From Antedon mediterranea (taxonomy: Eukaryota > Animalia > Echinodermata): DNA of 64,000 nucleotides. The notes under the pieces were generated by a model. That model saw nothing but the letters and a program-made list of their open reading frames with translations, did not search any database and was not told where the DNA came from. A program made the position numbers and the translations under genes. This document shows positions 22,601-37,600 of this stretch, piece by piece (within the stretch, counting starts at the first letter, position 1; the number at the start of each line of letters is the position of its first letter). Where the stretch lies: assembly GCF_964355755.1 (NCBI RefSeq), contig NC_092678.1:5162422-5226421 (forward strand), in the 5' to 3' direction.

Positions 22601-25600
22601 GGTCTGTGAACAAGTAACTTGGAGGTGTATTAGTGCACTTATCCCCCTGCTGGCCTGTGAACAAGTAACTTGGAGGTGTACTAGTGCACTTATCCCCCTT
22701 GCTGGTCTGTGAACAAGTAACTTGGAGGTGTACTAGTGCACTTATCCCCCTGCTGGTCTGTGAACAAGTAACTTGGAGGTGTACTAGTGCAGTTATCCCC
22801 CTGCTGGTCTGTGAACAAGTAACTTGGAGGTGTACTAGTGCACTTATCCCCCTGCTGGTCTGTGAACAAGTAACTTGGAGGTGTACTACTAGTGCACTTA
22901 TCCCCCTGCTGGTCTGTGAACAAGTAACTTGGAGGTGTACTAGTGCACTTATACCCCTTCTGGTCTGTGAACAAGTAACTTGGAGGTGTACTACTAGTGC
23001 ACTTATCCCCCTGCTGGTCTGTGAACAAGTAACTTGGAGGTGTACTAGTGCACTTATCCCCCTGCTGGTCTGTGAACAAGTAACTTGGAGTGTACTAGTG
23101 CACTTATCCCCCTGCTGGTCTGTGAACAAGTAACTTGGAGGTGTACTAGTGCACTTATCCCCTGCTGGTCTGTGAACAAGTAACTTGGAGGTGTACTACT
23201 AGTGCACTTATCCCCCTTTTGGTCTGTGAACAAGTAACTTGGAGGTGTACTAGTGCACTTATCCCCCTGCTGGTCTGTGAACAAGTAACTTGGAGGTGTA
23301 CTAGTGCACTTATCCCCCTGCTGGTCTGTGAACAAGTAACTTGAAGGTGTACTAGTGCACTTACAGTATCCCCCTGCTGGTCTGTGAACAAGTAACTTGG
23401 AGGTGTACTAGTGCACTTATCCTCCCTGCTGGTGTGAACAAATAAATTGGAGGTGTACTAGTGCACTTATACCCCTTCTGGTCTGTGAACAAGTAACTTG
23501 GAGGTGTACTACTAGTGCACTTATCCCCCTGCTGGTCTGTGAACAAGTAACTTGGAGGTGTACTAGTGCACTTATCCCCCTGCTGGTCTGTGAACAAGTA
23601 ACTTGGAGGTGTACTAGTGCACTTATCCCCCTGCTGGTCTGTGAACAAGTAACTTGAAGGTGTACTAGTGCACTTACAGTATCCCCCTGCTGGTCTGTGA
23701 ACAAGTAACTTGGAGGTGTACTAGTGCACTTCTCCCCCTGCTGGTGTGAACAAATAAATTGGAGGTGTACTAGTGCACTTATCCCCCTTTTGGTCTGTGA
23801 ACAAGTAACTTGGAGGTGTACTAGTGCACTTATCCCCCTGTTGGTCTGTGAAAAAGTAACTTAGAGGTGTACTACTAGTGCACTTATCCCCCTTTTGGTC
23901 TGTGAACAAGTAACTTGGAGGTGTACTAGTGCACTTATCCCACTGCTGGTCTGTGAACAAGTAACTTGGAGGTGTATTAGTGCACTTATCCCCCTTTTGG
24001 TCTGTGAACAAGTAACTTGGAGGTGTACTAGTGCACTTATCCCCCTGCTGGTCTGTGAACAAGTAACTTGGAGGTGTATTAGTGCACTTATCCCCCTGCT
24101 GGCCTGTGAACAAGTAACTTGGAGGTGTACTAGTGCACTTATCCCCCTTGCTGGTCTGTGAACAAGTAACTTGGAGGTGTACTAGTGCACTTATCCCCCT
24201 GCTGGTCTGTGAACAAGTAACTTGGAGGTGTACTAGTGCAGTTATCCCCCTGCTGGTCTTTAGCTTTTACTCGTCATGTGTATTACATCATAATACTAGG
24301 CTTAGGAAGCTAAAGTTCTGGTAAATTAATTTACTCTGTACGAATCCTTTTGATATGACATCTTGTCTCATGATAAAGACATTTCACAGAAGTGTCTATG
24401 ACAACCTCATCCCATGGGACACTTGAAAGGCTTGCATTTATTTCCAATTTCAAGTGATTTTATCGCCCCAGACTGGTGACCTACTGTAGGCTACACTCCA
24501 GGTCAGTCACCAACTTAGGAACCCACTACCTACTGTATTCCCAATTCAATTCAGTACTACTTACACTAAAAGATATCATTTTATTAATTAGTATAGCCTA
24601 TTTATAGTACTGTATTAGTACAGTAGTTGGCCCGATTTTAAGGTTTTTTAAAATTTGGAATTGTACTTGTACTATTAGTATTATTAGATTTGAATTCAAT
24701 CTGTAATTGACTTATTGTTTGCATTGTTTGTATAATTCCAACTTCCCTTTCATGATTTCTCTCACATTCATCATCTGCTTCATCAACTTTGGTTGTCTAA
24801 CTATCCTTTAAGCTCTGTCTACACTATCAAACTTTCACTACCATATTTGGGCACATCACACTTTTTTTGTCAAACTAGTTTGATAGTGTAGACTAGAGCT
24901 TACTATCCTTTATTGCTGTCCTTCTCCCTATGTATATCTGATGCATCTCCCCTATGTACTGTATCTGATGTGTCTCCCCTATATATTTCTGTACATCTCA
25001 ATGATATGTCTAAGTAAAGTGTTGGTGAAATTCTCAAATATTGTGCCAATGATATTGACCTATAATACTCAAAGTTCATGTTCAATTTTAAATGTGAAAT
25101 ATTTTCCTTTTTTACGGTCCCTCGATGCAAACTTTAGATGCCTAAGTACAGGGATTTAGGAGTTTATTCTCAATAAAAAAACTTGTGTTGAGCTAGCTAC
25201 ATAATTTCTGGACCCAGTTTGTAATTTAAATTTGACATTTTGCCAGAATTATTGTCTCTGCAACTTGATAAATACAGTAGTTGTTATTATTGCCAGGGTT
25301 GTTTTTTAGGCTTTCGAGTTTGTCAAGTTTTTAAAAATAAATTTGTAAATTATGACCATGAAATCAAATGGCTTTAAATGTATGTAGACCTGTTATTTGA
25401 CATCACTGTGAGGTGAATGCACTTTGAAGTAGGGGGATGGGTGGTAGGGATATGACTAAACGCTTGCCAGGGGCTGCTGCTGCTGCAGATGGTTCGATAA
25501 TCTGAGGAGGGTGGATTATTTTAGACGATGATTTACTTCCCTTCTGCAGTAATCTCTATTTAGACTTTTCAATATCAAGGTACAATTTCTTTCTTGTGTA

Positions 25601-28600
25601 AAATATCATTTCCTTCAAAATGACATTGTATGATTTCAACTTTTATTTGTTGGTCTATCAATAACAGAATAAAAATGACATTAATGTCTGCATTAATTCA
25701 GATAATTCAGATAACATTTATTCAGATAATAATGAATGAACGTATACAAAATAGGAAAAAGATATTAAAGTGAACATAGATAAAGCAGTAATTGGTAGTC
25801 ATTATTATCATGGATCCCTTCTAGAAGTTAAAACTTGTCTCGCACAAACAAAACACATTACTCAAATAAAAAAATAAAATAAACCTAGAGTATATAATTA
25901 TATAATTGAGGATAAAAAATTACAGTATAAATAATAACATAACTAACATCTTCTTTATCAAAATTATTTAAAATTATATTTCTATATTTTCATGATATAA
26001 TATAAATGAAATAAGTACTGACATCGGTAAATGAAAAAATATATACAAATATACAACTGAAGACTAGTGCTGTTCCGCTGTACCACGCCGAGAATGTTAA
26101 AGAGTCGCTATCCAATCGAGTTCGAACAATACCATGAAAGCCCCAGTGGTCTAATGGTTAGGACATCTGCATATCAAGCAGGCGGTCCGAGTTCGAGTCT
26201 CGGTTGGGGCGACTTTTTCTCATTCTCACAGATTTCCTCATCTTTATCGTTTCAAATTAATTAATTAAATTTCAGTATATCACCGGGCAGTTTATAATTA
26301 ATGTTCTTTACCTGATTTGTTAATACAGTATATATAAATACATATACACATACACAAATATGGTTACAATAACAGGAATATACTGCACTGTCACTAGTAC
26401 ATAGAATTGGACAAAAAGATGTGAACGTACTATATTAAGAGTACATATAAATCTACCAACACCTTTGACATAAATATTATACTGCACATCATTCTCAGGA
26501 CAAAAACAGAATGAGAATATTAAATGTCTATATAGGCTTAGGGCCTGTTCAGACCTACGGAGTTATGCTTTCGTATTGTACGCGGCGTACAACTCCATAG
26601 GTCTGAACCAGGAAAAGATTAGTGTAAGCCACCTCATACGACACTACTCTTTTGTTCGTTATGACAGCTCAAGGTACAAGATTAGTGAACGCCGCTTACG
26701 ATACGAAAGTCATGCATCAACGATTTTGACCTCTAACCAATCAAAATCATTCCTGCATACCATATGTTCGCCCAAATCGGTGACACTTCAGTTTGAAACG
26801 AAAGCGTTAGTTAGGCAAATCTGAACACTTTTCTGTTACGACGTTAATTATAATATGACACTGCTTGCGATACGAAAGCATAACTCCATAGATCTGAACA
26901 TACCCTTAGATAAGATTAAAAAGATGTTTTCACAAATAGAGGATGATGCATGGAGCCTTCACTCTATATGTATTTGTTGCAGCATTTGTATTTTATATAC
27001 ATATCAGTTTTGACATGTAATGTAGTCATGTGACCACTGCAGTTGGGGAAAACAGGATCTCCAGGGCTTGCAATGACCTTGGGATTCACCAGCGTAATGA
27101 CCCTGGACAAACCACAAGGCCAAGGCTTAGAAATAATGTTAATTTGATTCAATTAATGTTGTTTTCTGTCTATCATACAATCATAATTTAATTGGCTTGA
27201 CCTTGATTGAAATTTACATTAAGTGTTAAGAAATTTTAGAGAATTGCACATTGGCCTAATTTCTAAAAACTTGCTGTAAATATCTTAAGGTTTAAGTTAG
27301 AAATAATATGTTCTTGTTTGTGAGCCAACAATACTTTGGAGAATACCACCATGTAAACCGAGTCAAAACTTATTAGTAATTTATTCTTTTTTGGTTATAT
27401 TTACATCAGGAAAGTTTATGTTTCTTTTCCAACATTGTACTTAAGCAAGTACAATATATAAATATATTGTACTTAAAGATGTATTGTCCCCCAAAAACAA
27501 GAAAAATTAAGATTAATTTAATCAGACTTTGAATATGTTATTTTGTAGTTTTAATAAAGTTAATCACTTTCATAGAACGAAAAATGAAAAAAAAAGTAAT
27601 GTTTCACTTATAAAATGACAAAATAAATGGTTAAATTCAACCAAAAATCCATTGGCTGGCAGCCAATTTGACCATTTTTTGCTTTAAATTACATTTTTTC
27701 AGGTAAATACTTTTTTAAAAATCCAATTTTTGGTCAAAGTAGATGATTAATATGTGACATTAAAATGGCTTATTCAGCAACATTTTTTTGAAGAATTATT
27801 TTTTCAGGGGGACAATACATCTTTAAGCATTTCCTTAAGTACAATATATAAATATATTGTACATAAATTATTTCAATGCTTTTACTTTTAACTATATTAT
27901 ATAAATATATCGATTGTTTAAATTACGAGACGGTTTATGTTCTTGAAAAGCTTTTACGCAAAAACAGGAAGCTTGTGGTTTGTAGCTTGTAATTGACAAT
28001 TATAGATCAAAAAATTAGAAGTTAGAGGTACAAACCAGAGTAATAATGCTTTGATTTATCCTAAAAACACAATAATTTTGTATTGATCATAAGGCTCTAT
28101 AGAATTATGGTTGTATGTGTTACTTGGGGTTTGATGGAAGACTGTAGACTGGTGATAGAAGTGGTCAATGTATTCAACAAAAATAAGTTGTTTACTGAAA
28201 AACTATGTTTTGATACATTTTCCAAAATTGTTTAAGACTTTTTTCCGCATTCATAGAAAAACAGTCAATTAATTAACTGAATGAGTGGGATGAATTATTG
28301 TGCGAGATAAATTGAGAGATAAACTCACTTCAGAGGCCAGCTGCTGTAAATAGATATTCAATATCATATGATTGTATGTATGAGCAGATTTATAATACAC
28401 TGGTACAATTAGAATAAACCATTATCACCCACAAGTGTCCCCCCCCCCCCCCAAATCCTCTAGTCCTCTATCATTTTACCGTCATCATCATCATGCCCTT
28501 TGTACCATAAACCATGAACTCATGAAATCCTGCTCAGACATAAACAAGATAATCAGTAGAAATATGCAACACATGTATTAAAGCTAGTGTAAAACCTGTA

Positions 28601-31600
28601 AATTAAGCATCACCCTTAATGCCTCATTGCTTGCATTTTATCTAGCTACTTTCTAATAACAGTTTTTACATTAGTCTGCCAAAACGTCGCCACATTTCTA
28701 AAGAATTTATTAAAAAAGGAAATTATTATAACTTTTTTTCGAACCAGGGATGTTTTTAAACTTTTCCTAAAATAAATTTTTATCATTTTGTTATTACAAA
28801 ACATTTTCAACATGTTACATACAGGTACTTGCGTGCACTTTAAATACTTATTGGACCCTGGTAAGAATGATTGATAGAGATACAGTACATCTTAAAAAAA
28901 CAAAAACTGGTAAAAATACTAATAATACACACAAAAATACAAAGCATCCGATAAAGGCACAGTTAATAAAATTGTAGTATGAAACCAATTTAAAACTACG
29001 GTAAATTGTTTTTTGCCCCCCAGGGGTCTCTTTGAAAGCATCCTTAAACAATTTACCAATATGATCAGGTAACTAACGGTTTCTAAAATAGTTTATATGT
29101 TGTTGACTCATAACACATTGTAAATGGCACTTTCATTTTTGATCAGCTGATATTTTATCAAAATTACCAAATGAGTGTTTGCTGCAGTAAATCATTGATT
29201 TATAAACATGCATCAAGTAGTTTTACCTGGGCCAATGTTTGTTGCTGCAGTAAACTATCAAGTTCCTAGTCAAATAAAAATAATTAATATTGTTTGTTGA
29301 TTAAAGCTAAATTTCTTTATGACTGTGTTAAGTATAAATCCTAGAAATCTGGATGCAATAGGGCTACAGTATAATGACAAGAATTGGAAGTTTTTTTCAC
29401 AATTGACGCATGCCCGCTGGAGAGCTAAGCACAACAAGCTGAATGTATGTTTCCCCAGGGTTTCCCCAGGTCATTGAATAAAAAGCTGCACAGCACGACG
29501 TGCAGGAAAAACTTGACAGTGCTGCAAAACAGGAAGGACCGCCCAGCGAGGCTTGAGGAGCACAACGCTTTCTGCTATTTTCAATGACTACACTATAAAA
29601 TGGATTTAGTCTATGATCAGCTGTTTAAAAACAGGACATGGACTGGAACGGTATGGAATATTCTGTGCGTCTCTTACAAACCTATCTTGATAGTTACGTA
29701 GAATGGTGGTTACAACCAGTGCCTTGTAAGTCTGTCTGTTTGTCTATTGTCGGGTTTCAAATGGCTTAACATGATTTTTATTTGTTTTTTTCTAAACTAA
29801 CAAACTTTTATTCAATCAAAATAGTAATTTTCAAGGATTGTCGCTTTTTTTTATTCTAAAATTTGCATTCTTTCCATCTCAGGTCGACTTAAGCTATTAA
29901 TTTAATTTTTAAGTTCTTAATTTATTTATTTATGTAAATTGTAAAATATGAAATCATATTTTGTATGACATCAGATAAAATGATTAGTCTTTTCTTCCTT
30001 CATTTAACTTGTGTAATTTTTATTATTTTACTGTTTTAATACTAAATGCCTGAATGTTTAAGTTGATTACTATTATGTCATCATTAATATCATCATCATC
30101 ATCATCAATTTACTGTACTATAGTTTCATCAACTGTTTACAGTATATTTATTATTAAATATTAACAATTAAAAAATACAAATAAAAAAATTGATTCTATT
30201 AAAGCATTTTAGTGCATTAACAGTTATATTTTGGTTTTTTTTCTCCCAAAGCTGATGGCGACTTTAAGAAGATTTGGGCTGAGCATTGCCACGATGAAGC
30301 AGGCCTCGGTGAATACGCATATGCCATGCAGCATTTGGCCGTCGATCATTGGTCCACCAAGCACCAAGATGACCGAATCAAATGGTGTTATCGTACATGT
30401 ATGGACTACTTTAAGTATGGTGGAATGGACAAAGCGCTTGCCAAAGACCGAAGACGTCAACATCATGACTTTACTAATGGAATCACGGAACAGAAAAGTT
30501 TAAGTCAAGTGGAGCAATCAAATAAGTATAATACCATGTAAGTATCTAGTGACTATATATACATTTTCATAACAAAATATTTCAATCTTCTATCGGGTAA
30601 AAGTCATAGTAAATCATGTCCATTCTATAGTCGCCGTACATAGACTCATCCTTCTATTAATGGATGGCTAGTTGGTGACACTAAACATCAAAAATTAAAT
30701 TATGAACTACTTTTTCTATTTTTGAATAATATTATTAATTATATGTGTTACTAATAGCGATCTACCATTGGAAAATATCCTGTTTTTGGGTAGCTGAATG
30801 GTGCTAATATTTTGATAGTTCAACTTTAATTTATTTTGTCACATGCCTTCAATTCTGTGTCATCGAGGAACCTTTATAAACATAAATAATTTATTATTTA
30901 AGTCAATATATATATTACTGGGATCTATGAGTTTTCTTTATGTGCTATAGGAACTAGGTCATAGGACGCCAGGGTCATACATTAAAATAACCTGTTGACA
31001 AAAAATCAGTGAGAACTGTTCTTTTTTTGTAAAACGTAATAATGTGAAATAAATATTGGGTTTAACTTATAAAAAAAAATTCTTCAATAATTTTCTTAAA
31101 CAATATCTACAATATTGAAGTAATTAAAAGATAACAAATTACCAAAATCCTTATAAAAAATTGTTGATCGAATGCAGAGTTAAGCTTTCCCTGTTGTCTG
31201 CAAGTGTTCAACCAATCAGATTCATTTAATCTCACGCCATATAGCAGCTCATTTCGTATTCTATGATTTCGCATAAAGGTTGTTAACTGATTTCCTGATG
31301 TTCGAATCGGCTTTGAAAAGTTTCAAGTTGTTTTCTTCATGCGTTTCCTTCTGTTTGAAGTTCAATCAACTCATTAATGAACGTCTCGCAACAGATTCAC
31401 TTTCGAATACTTGACCCTTTATGATTAAAAGGAAATTTAACATTCCTTTTTACGTAATCACCATGTTAAACATGATTAATACAACTTTCTGTCTAAAATA
31501 AGATCATGGAATTGTCTGAAAATGGTCAAACATTGATCGTTAACATAACAAATTTGCATTTATTTGAGATTTTTTATTATTGTACTTTGCTAGCATTATT

Positions 31601-34600
31601 TATTCAAACTGTCAGCCAAAACCAGCCACTTACATAATATGGATTTATTTGGCCCTTTGTCAAAACATTTCGGCAATAAATAAACTTTTTATACTGAATT
31701 TCTCGAAAACTAGTGATATAGTATTAGTAATTGATAATCAATTTCATAAAAGGTAAAGGCGAGTCCCATGTTCTCTGAACGTAGGAGCTGATTGTACTAA
31801 GCCTCGGCTTTATGTGGTAGGATGGCCAGTTCCTTTCCATGCCGCCTTTTTTCTCTCTAGTATTTTCAACTAGGTACTCATTTACAGCTGAGTGGACTGG
31901 GAGTTGTCGGGAATTTAACCCGGGTCAAGTATGACAGTCAAGTGTCCTAACCACTCGGCTGTCCACCTCCTAAGTTACCATACCTTTCTTAAATTTTATA
32001 AATGAAAAATACTATTTAGACAAAGAGTGCTAATCTTAAATATACACACTTATCAAGTTGAATACATTCTAAGAATAAGCTAAACTTTACGCAATATTTA
32101 ATTTCTTTGACGCCAATGTAAAATTACATTTTACTGTAGATATCACTAATTCTTGTTTCTTATTAAAAGGTGGTTTATCTCTTTTTCCAGACAATACGAG
32201 TAACTTGAATAATAGACGCAATGTCTATAAGTAAATCAGATAAGTTATGATATTAATAAGAACAATATGAATTACGGAAGAAAAAATGACAATTATTATT
32301 AACGCCCCTGATAAACGGTTTTGTCTGGTTTTTATTTGCTTCATAGAAAAAAAATTACACATCATGCTTCATTGTTTGAAGGTTTTCATGGCGAAATCAA
32401 ATGTTGATATAAAGTTTGCGGTACACCACGTATATTAGGTCTGAAAAGAACTCTTGAGTTTCTCAAGCCTAACTAAATAAGGAAATGAATGTAGCTGAGG
32501 AAGCTGTACCAAACATTTTGGTTTGTGAGCATGCTCTGTTCAGTTGCCGTGTTGTGCATGTGCAACAATCATGTTATTTGATGCAATCACTAATAATGTC
32601 CATATTCTGTCAGTTTTTTTCCCTCATCATATCCCAGATTCATGTTAGTTTTAAACGTCAGTTAAACACAAATATGATTCCTACAAGTGACACGTTAGGT
32701 CATATATAATTTCTGGTACGTGGTCTATTTTTGTTGCTGCTATCACTGTCTGGAGCTCTGTACCCTAATTGACACATAGTTATTTTTTTATAACTCGCAT
32801 TGTCAGGTACCAGTAGAAACCTGTCACTGACTCCAATTCTTTTACTGTACTTAACTAACAAATAGTCGTACATAACATCTTAATCATGTAATTAATCTAT
32901 TGCAATTATTAATTAAGGCAGTCACTATTCCTTCTCATACTCAATAAAAACCATCAGAAGACTAAGTGCAGTAGATGTCCATATTTAACACCAAAGTTAT
33001 GAGGGACAGAGCTAGACCATCAATGTATACAGTACGCCAAATAGAAAGTTATTACATCATAACGGTGACTGTATGTCTCCGATACTGTTCACACTATACC
33101 TAGCAAAGGCACTCGAATCAGCAAACACAACACCACTACCCCTACAACAGCTTAATATCCAGATGCAGTATGCAGATGACATTTCATTTATTAGCGACTC
33201 AAAAGAACACATAACTAAAATAAAGAAAAATGTAACAGAGAAATTAGCAGAATTCAATCTAAAGATAAACGAAAGTAAAACAGAAGAATACCTAATAGGA
33301 AGAAACACCGATAGTAAATGGGAAGAATGCAAATACCTCGGTAGTATCTTGGACACAGAAAAAGACATTAAAAGAAGAAAATCACTAGCAGCTATGGCAT
33401 ATAACAAGCTGAAGTCATCGCTAGAACACAAAACGATGTCTATAGACGTGAAATCCCATTTGTTTGACGCATACATAGCAAGTATTTTCTTATATAACAG
33501 TGAACTCTGGGTACTAAACAAAAAATTACAAGAGAGTATAGATATATATCACAGGAAAATGTTGCGAAAGATGATAGATATTAAATTAACAGATAGAGTG
33601 TGTAACACGAAAATATACGAGATAACAAAACAAGAAGAATGGAGTAAAAGAATTAAACGAAGGAGACTAAAATGGTATGGACACATAATTAGATTACCGG
33701 ATGATACCCCAATCAAACAAACAATTAAGGAAACTAACAGGAAAGTAAAACGACCCGTAGGAAGACCAAGAAATAACTGGATGAATCAAATAAAGAAAGA
33801 CATACAAGGACTAGTAGACACTAACAAAATAACAAACCATCCTGCCATAAACAGAAAAAAATGGAAACAAATTGTGGAAAGCGTAATGTCGGAAGACGGA
33901 AAACGTTAGCAACAACAACAACACATCATAACAACCTACCAAGCTTAACTCAAATTGGCCTTGATTTTTTTGCAGACTACCTTATTAATTTCTGTGGCTT
34001 GCTTGATAACATCATTGCATCGGCCAAACAAATCCATCCAGGTCAGAAGAATGGAAAGATTTAGTCATAACATAAAACTGTAGGCCAGTCTATAGATACT
34101 AAAGTAATCAACAAGGGGAAACATGTGTTTTACTTTGTCAACGTTTCTGATTGTGTTGTTTGTCTGCCGTCATTTTCTTTGTTTTGGAAAATGTTGATAG
34201 ATTGGAACAGAAAATTGTTGAAGTTTTTGCACGTACAAACAAATTTACGCATATTTTATTCATCTGAAATTACTGTCCGCTGCGAGTTGAATAGCAAACA
34301 TTAGAATGAAACATTCTGAAGAACATTAATGCATGTAAAAAAGTTACACTAGAACTTATTGGCAAGCCTTTAAGTTTCAGCATGCAGGGTGGGGGAGGGG
34401 GATCCTGTGTATATGCAGTCTGACCCTTGTAACCCCTAAATAGAATTCTTAAACCAAACTGCATAATACAGTATATTGCGATATGAGGCTGCTGACTTTG
34501 ACTCTTCCTGAGCTGATCGTGGTTGCTTCCTTTACCAATTTATCAATTAGATTCACTCCTCCTGTCTTATTAAAACATGTATTAAAAATAAAGAAGTCGT

Positions 34601-37600
34601 GTCCTCTCACATTTAAAATTAATGAATACAGTAGCTCAACTAATTTAAGGTGTCTTATTTTTGCACTTCGTACCTAATTGTCAACACATCCTTTTAACAC
34701 ATGTTAAACAGGTTCCTATGTCGAAAAAAATCCCCTATTTTTTTTAAACTTAAAAAGTTCTAAATCTTTTAAGTCTGTTTTTCGTCTCAAACTTGAGCTG
34801 CAATGTCTAGTTGTTAATTTTAACGATAACCTAATTAAAATGTCTATGTTTTTTGCACTTCATAAATTCTACCTTTATTCTTAATTAGTTCTGTTGATAT
34901 AGTCTACTTTTCAATGTCTAAGCTCTACTTTTATTCTATGGAAACAAATTTTCTTTCATTCTATTATATTGAATTTTTTAGATTTAAAATAATATTTTCT
35001 TTCCTGATAATTTTCAAAACAAGTATTTATACTTAATGATTTATAATATTTGTATTATTTGTGGAATCAATCAATAAACAACAACAACAACTTTTAGAAT
35101 CTTAGCACGACATTAGTATCCTACAAAATGTTACAATCTGCTTCCTTTACTACATACAACTTATTATCTTGTTGTTTCTTGAGTTCCTTTCCTGTAAAAT
35201 CTGGATGGAAAGAGAATATGTTGGCAAGAAATTGGAGTGGGTTGCCCATGCTACTTAAAAAGTATTGTACATGAAATCATTGCCCACGAGCTACTGAGAA
35301 TGTACATATGGAATGACTGCCCACGCTTTGAGAACTAATAAGAAAGTTCCAGAATGACTAACCTTAACATTAAGCTCATTAAAAATGAATCATTTAGTGT
35401 TCCACTGTGGTTTTATTTTATAAATCTTTTATTCTTAATTTTTGGATCAACTATGACCTAATCCTGTTTGTCATAATTTCACACGTCATAAACCTCTCAT
35501 GACCTTTTAAATCTCGCAGGGCTCCCTCGACTTGTCTGCCGTCAAACATTTTAGTCTTCGTTCAAAGTTTGTTGTTCACAGAGATGTCAAGTTTTTCAAT
35601 GTCATCTATTTTTACTCGCAATAATATCTCAATTATTATTTAAAGGTCTTTTAGCAAAGGAATAATTTTTATTTTTATCACGCTCATTTGAATAATTGAT
35701 CTCCACAATTGAATTTAGTTTAATATAAAGATATTTGATAGAGGATTATTTCTGGTTAGTTTCTTTGTGTGCAGTCTGTCTGACATGGTTAAACTTTTCG
35801 CCAAAAAAAAAAGATTGTCCAGGGATGTATGTAGCAACAGAAGCATAGGGGTGCAGGGTGTCTAAACCGGTACTTCAGGTCCCGGAGGTTTCTTTACAGG
35901 AATTGGAAGACCTTATAATATTTATTATTTTTATTTATTTCTCCTACTCTATCCTATGCATTAGAAAACCTGTGTGTTTTGTGTTTATATTTTAGTTATT
36001 AGTTTTTAGGAATTTGGGAAATAATAATTTATCTAAGCAAATTAATTTATCCTTAGTGTTCAGCCTTGACCGTGTCCTGATTTTATCTGTCGTTTTGTGG
36101 ATTTGTTCGTTATTCACGCATTTAATGAAATGCTTACGGAAATTATTACAATCAGTGTCTGCACCAAGGTCGAAATGTTTCAAAAGACAATCGTACAATT
36201 TAATACTTCAATGATAAATCATTCCCATTTCAGTAATTTTTTTACCAATTCCTTGGGACACTCCTATTCTGTGGACCCCTCTTTGAATGGTACATTTTCC
36301 TGTGAAGGGAAAATTTATGTTTTACGACTAGAAGTGGCAACTCTTATTATTCAGAGGGTTCTATACACTTTCCTGTGAAACAATAAGGGGAAATAAATAT
36401 TTTACGACTAGTGCCAAACCTTGTTATTCAGAGGGTCCCCCTTACGCTTTCCTCTGAAACAAATAAGGGGGAAATGTATTTGTTAACACATAGCTAAACC
36501 CAAAGTGTCACATCATTGTTAGGGCTTTGTTAGCGTTTGAGCTCGATCTAACTTACTGTATCTTATTAGCATATTGGCAAGCTCAAATTAAAAACATCAT
36601 TTGAAAAGGCTGTGTTTTCAGACATTGTGTCTATAATGTAGTAATTATCAAGATTGTGCCGCAAGCTTTCATTTCAGTCCCTCACTTTCTTTCCCTCAAA
36701 TCATGTCAAACTATTCTAATTTTGCTTTAAAATGATCCATAAATATATTTAGCAAACAGTTACAGAGCGCATAATTCTGGCGACAGTCTCTCCTTTGAGT
36801 ATTACCTGTGCTTCTGGCTAGCAATGGTTACAACTGTAATTTATTTCTTGCAAGTAACATATCAGGACCCAGTAGCTATTGTATTCCCCATTGGTTTTTA
36901 CCTTGTAATTTAATAAAACTCTCTGAATAAATGACAATTTCATACCAAACAAAATTTAATTACTAAATTTGAAAATACAGATGAAAAAAAAAAAGTTATA
37001 TTTAGCAAAAGATGGTTACCAGCAGTATGGACATGAGTCATTCGTTAGTTATCTTCAACTAATTAAAATTAGCATTAGAGATATTTATTGATCAAACAAA
37101 AAGAAAAACGTTAACCAATACTTTTCTTTTTTAATTTTGGCAATGGACAGACAGTCCAGCTGACAAGTGTACCACAACAAAATTCAATCAATTAATATTT
37201 GTTTTCCAGATCATTACCAGTTACCGGTCAGTTGAGGTTACTGGACGTGGGCAGCTGTTTTAATCCTTTTTTAGAATACAAAGAATTTTTATCAGTTGGG
37301 ATTGATCTATCACCTGCAGTTGAGGTAAAATAATTGCATGCGAAAAAAAAATTTCAGTAATTTAGTTACAACTATAAAAATTAATATTCCAAATGAAATC
37401 ACTGAGTGCGTTGGATTGGAAAAGCTTGGGATCAAAATAATTATCATCGTGCATTGTGCTTCAGATGGGATGTAAAGAGGGATAATAATTAATAATATCG
37501 AACATTTATAAAGCACTCTTTACTGGAGTCTCACAACGCAATATGAAAAGAATAATTAACAATTTCGGCTATCAAACACATTTCAGACTTCGGTTAAAAA

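Noticed and set aside
21057-24324. CRISPR-like array or repetitive proteins suggested by many ORFs
   Set aside because: Units are contiguous with no unique spacers, there are no cas genes and the context is a eukaryotic intron. The ORFs arise because 51 is divisible by 3 and they break at indels.
25403-25555. Possible nested minus-strand exon (RLLQKGSK...AAAAAPGK...FTSQ*)
   Set aside because: Weak acceptor without a polypyrimidine tract, no partner exons and no recognisable homology.
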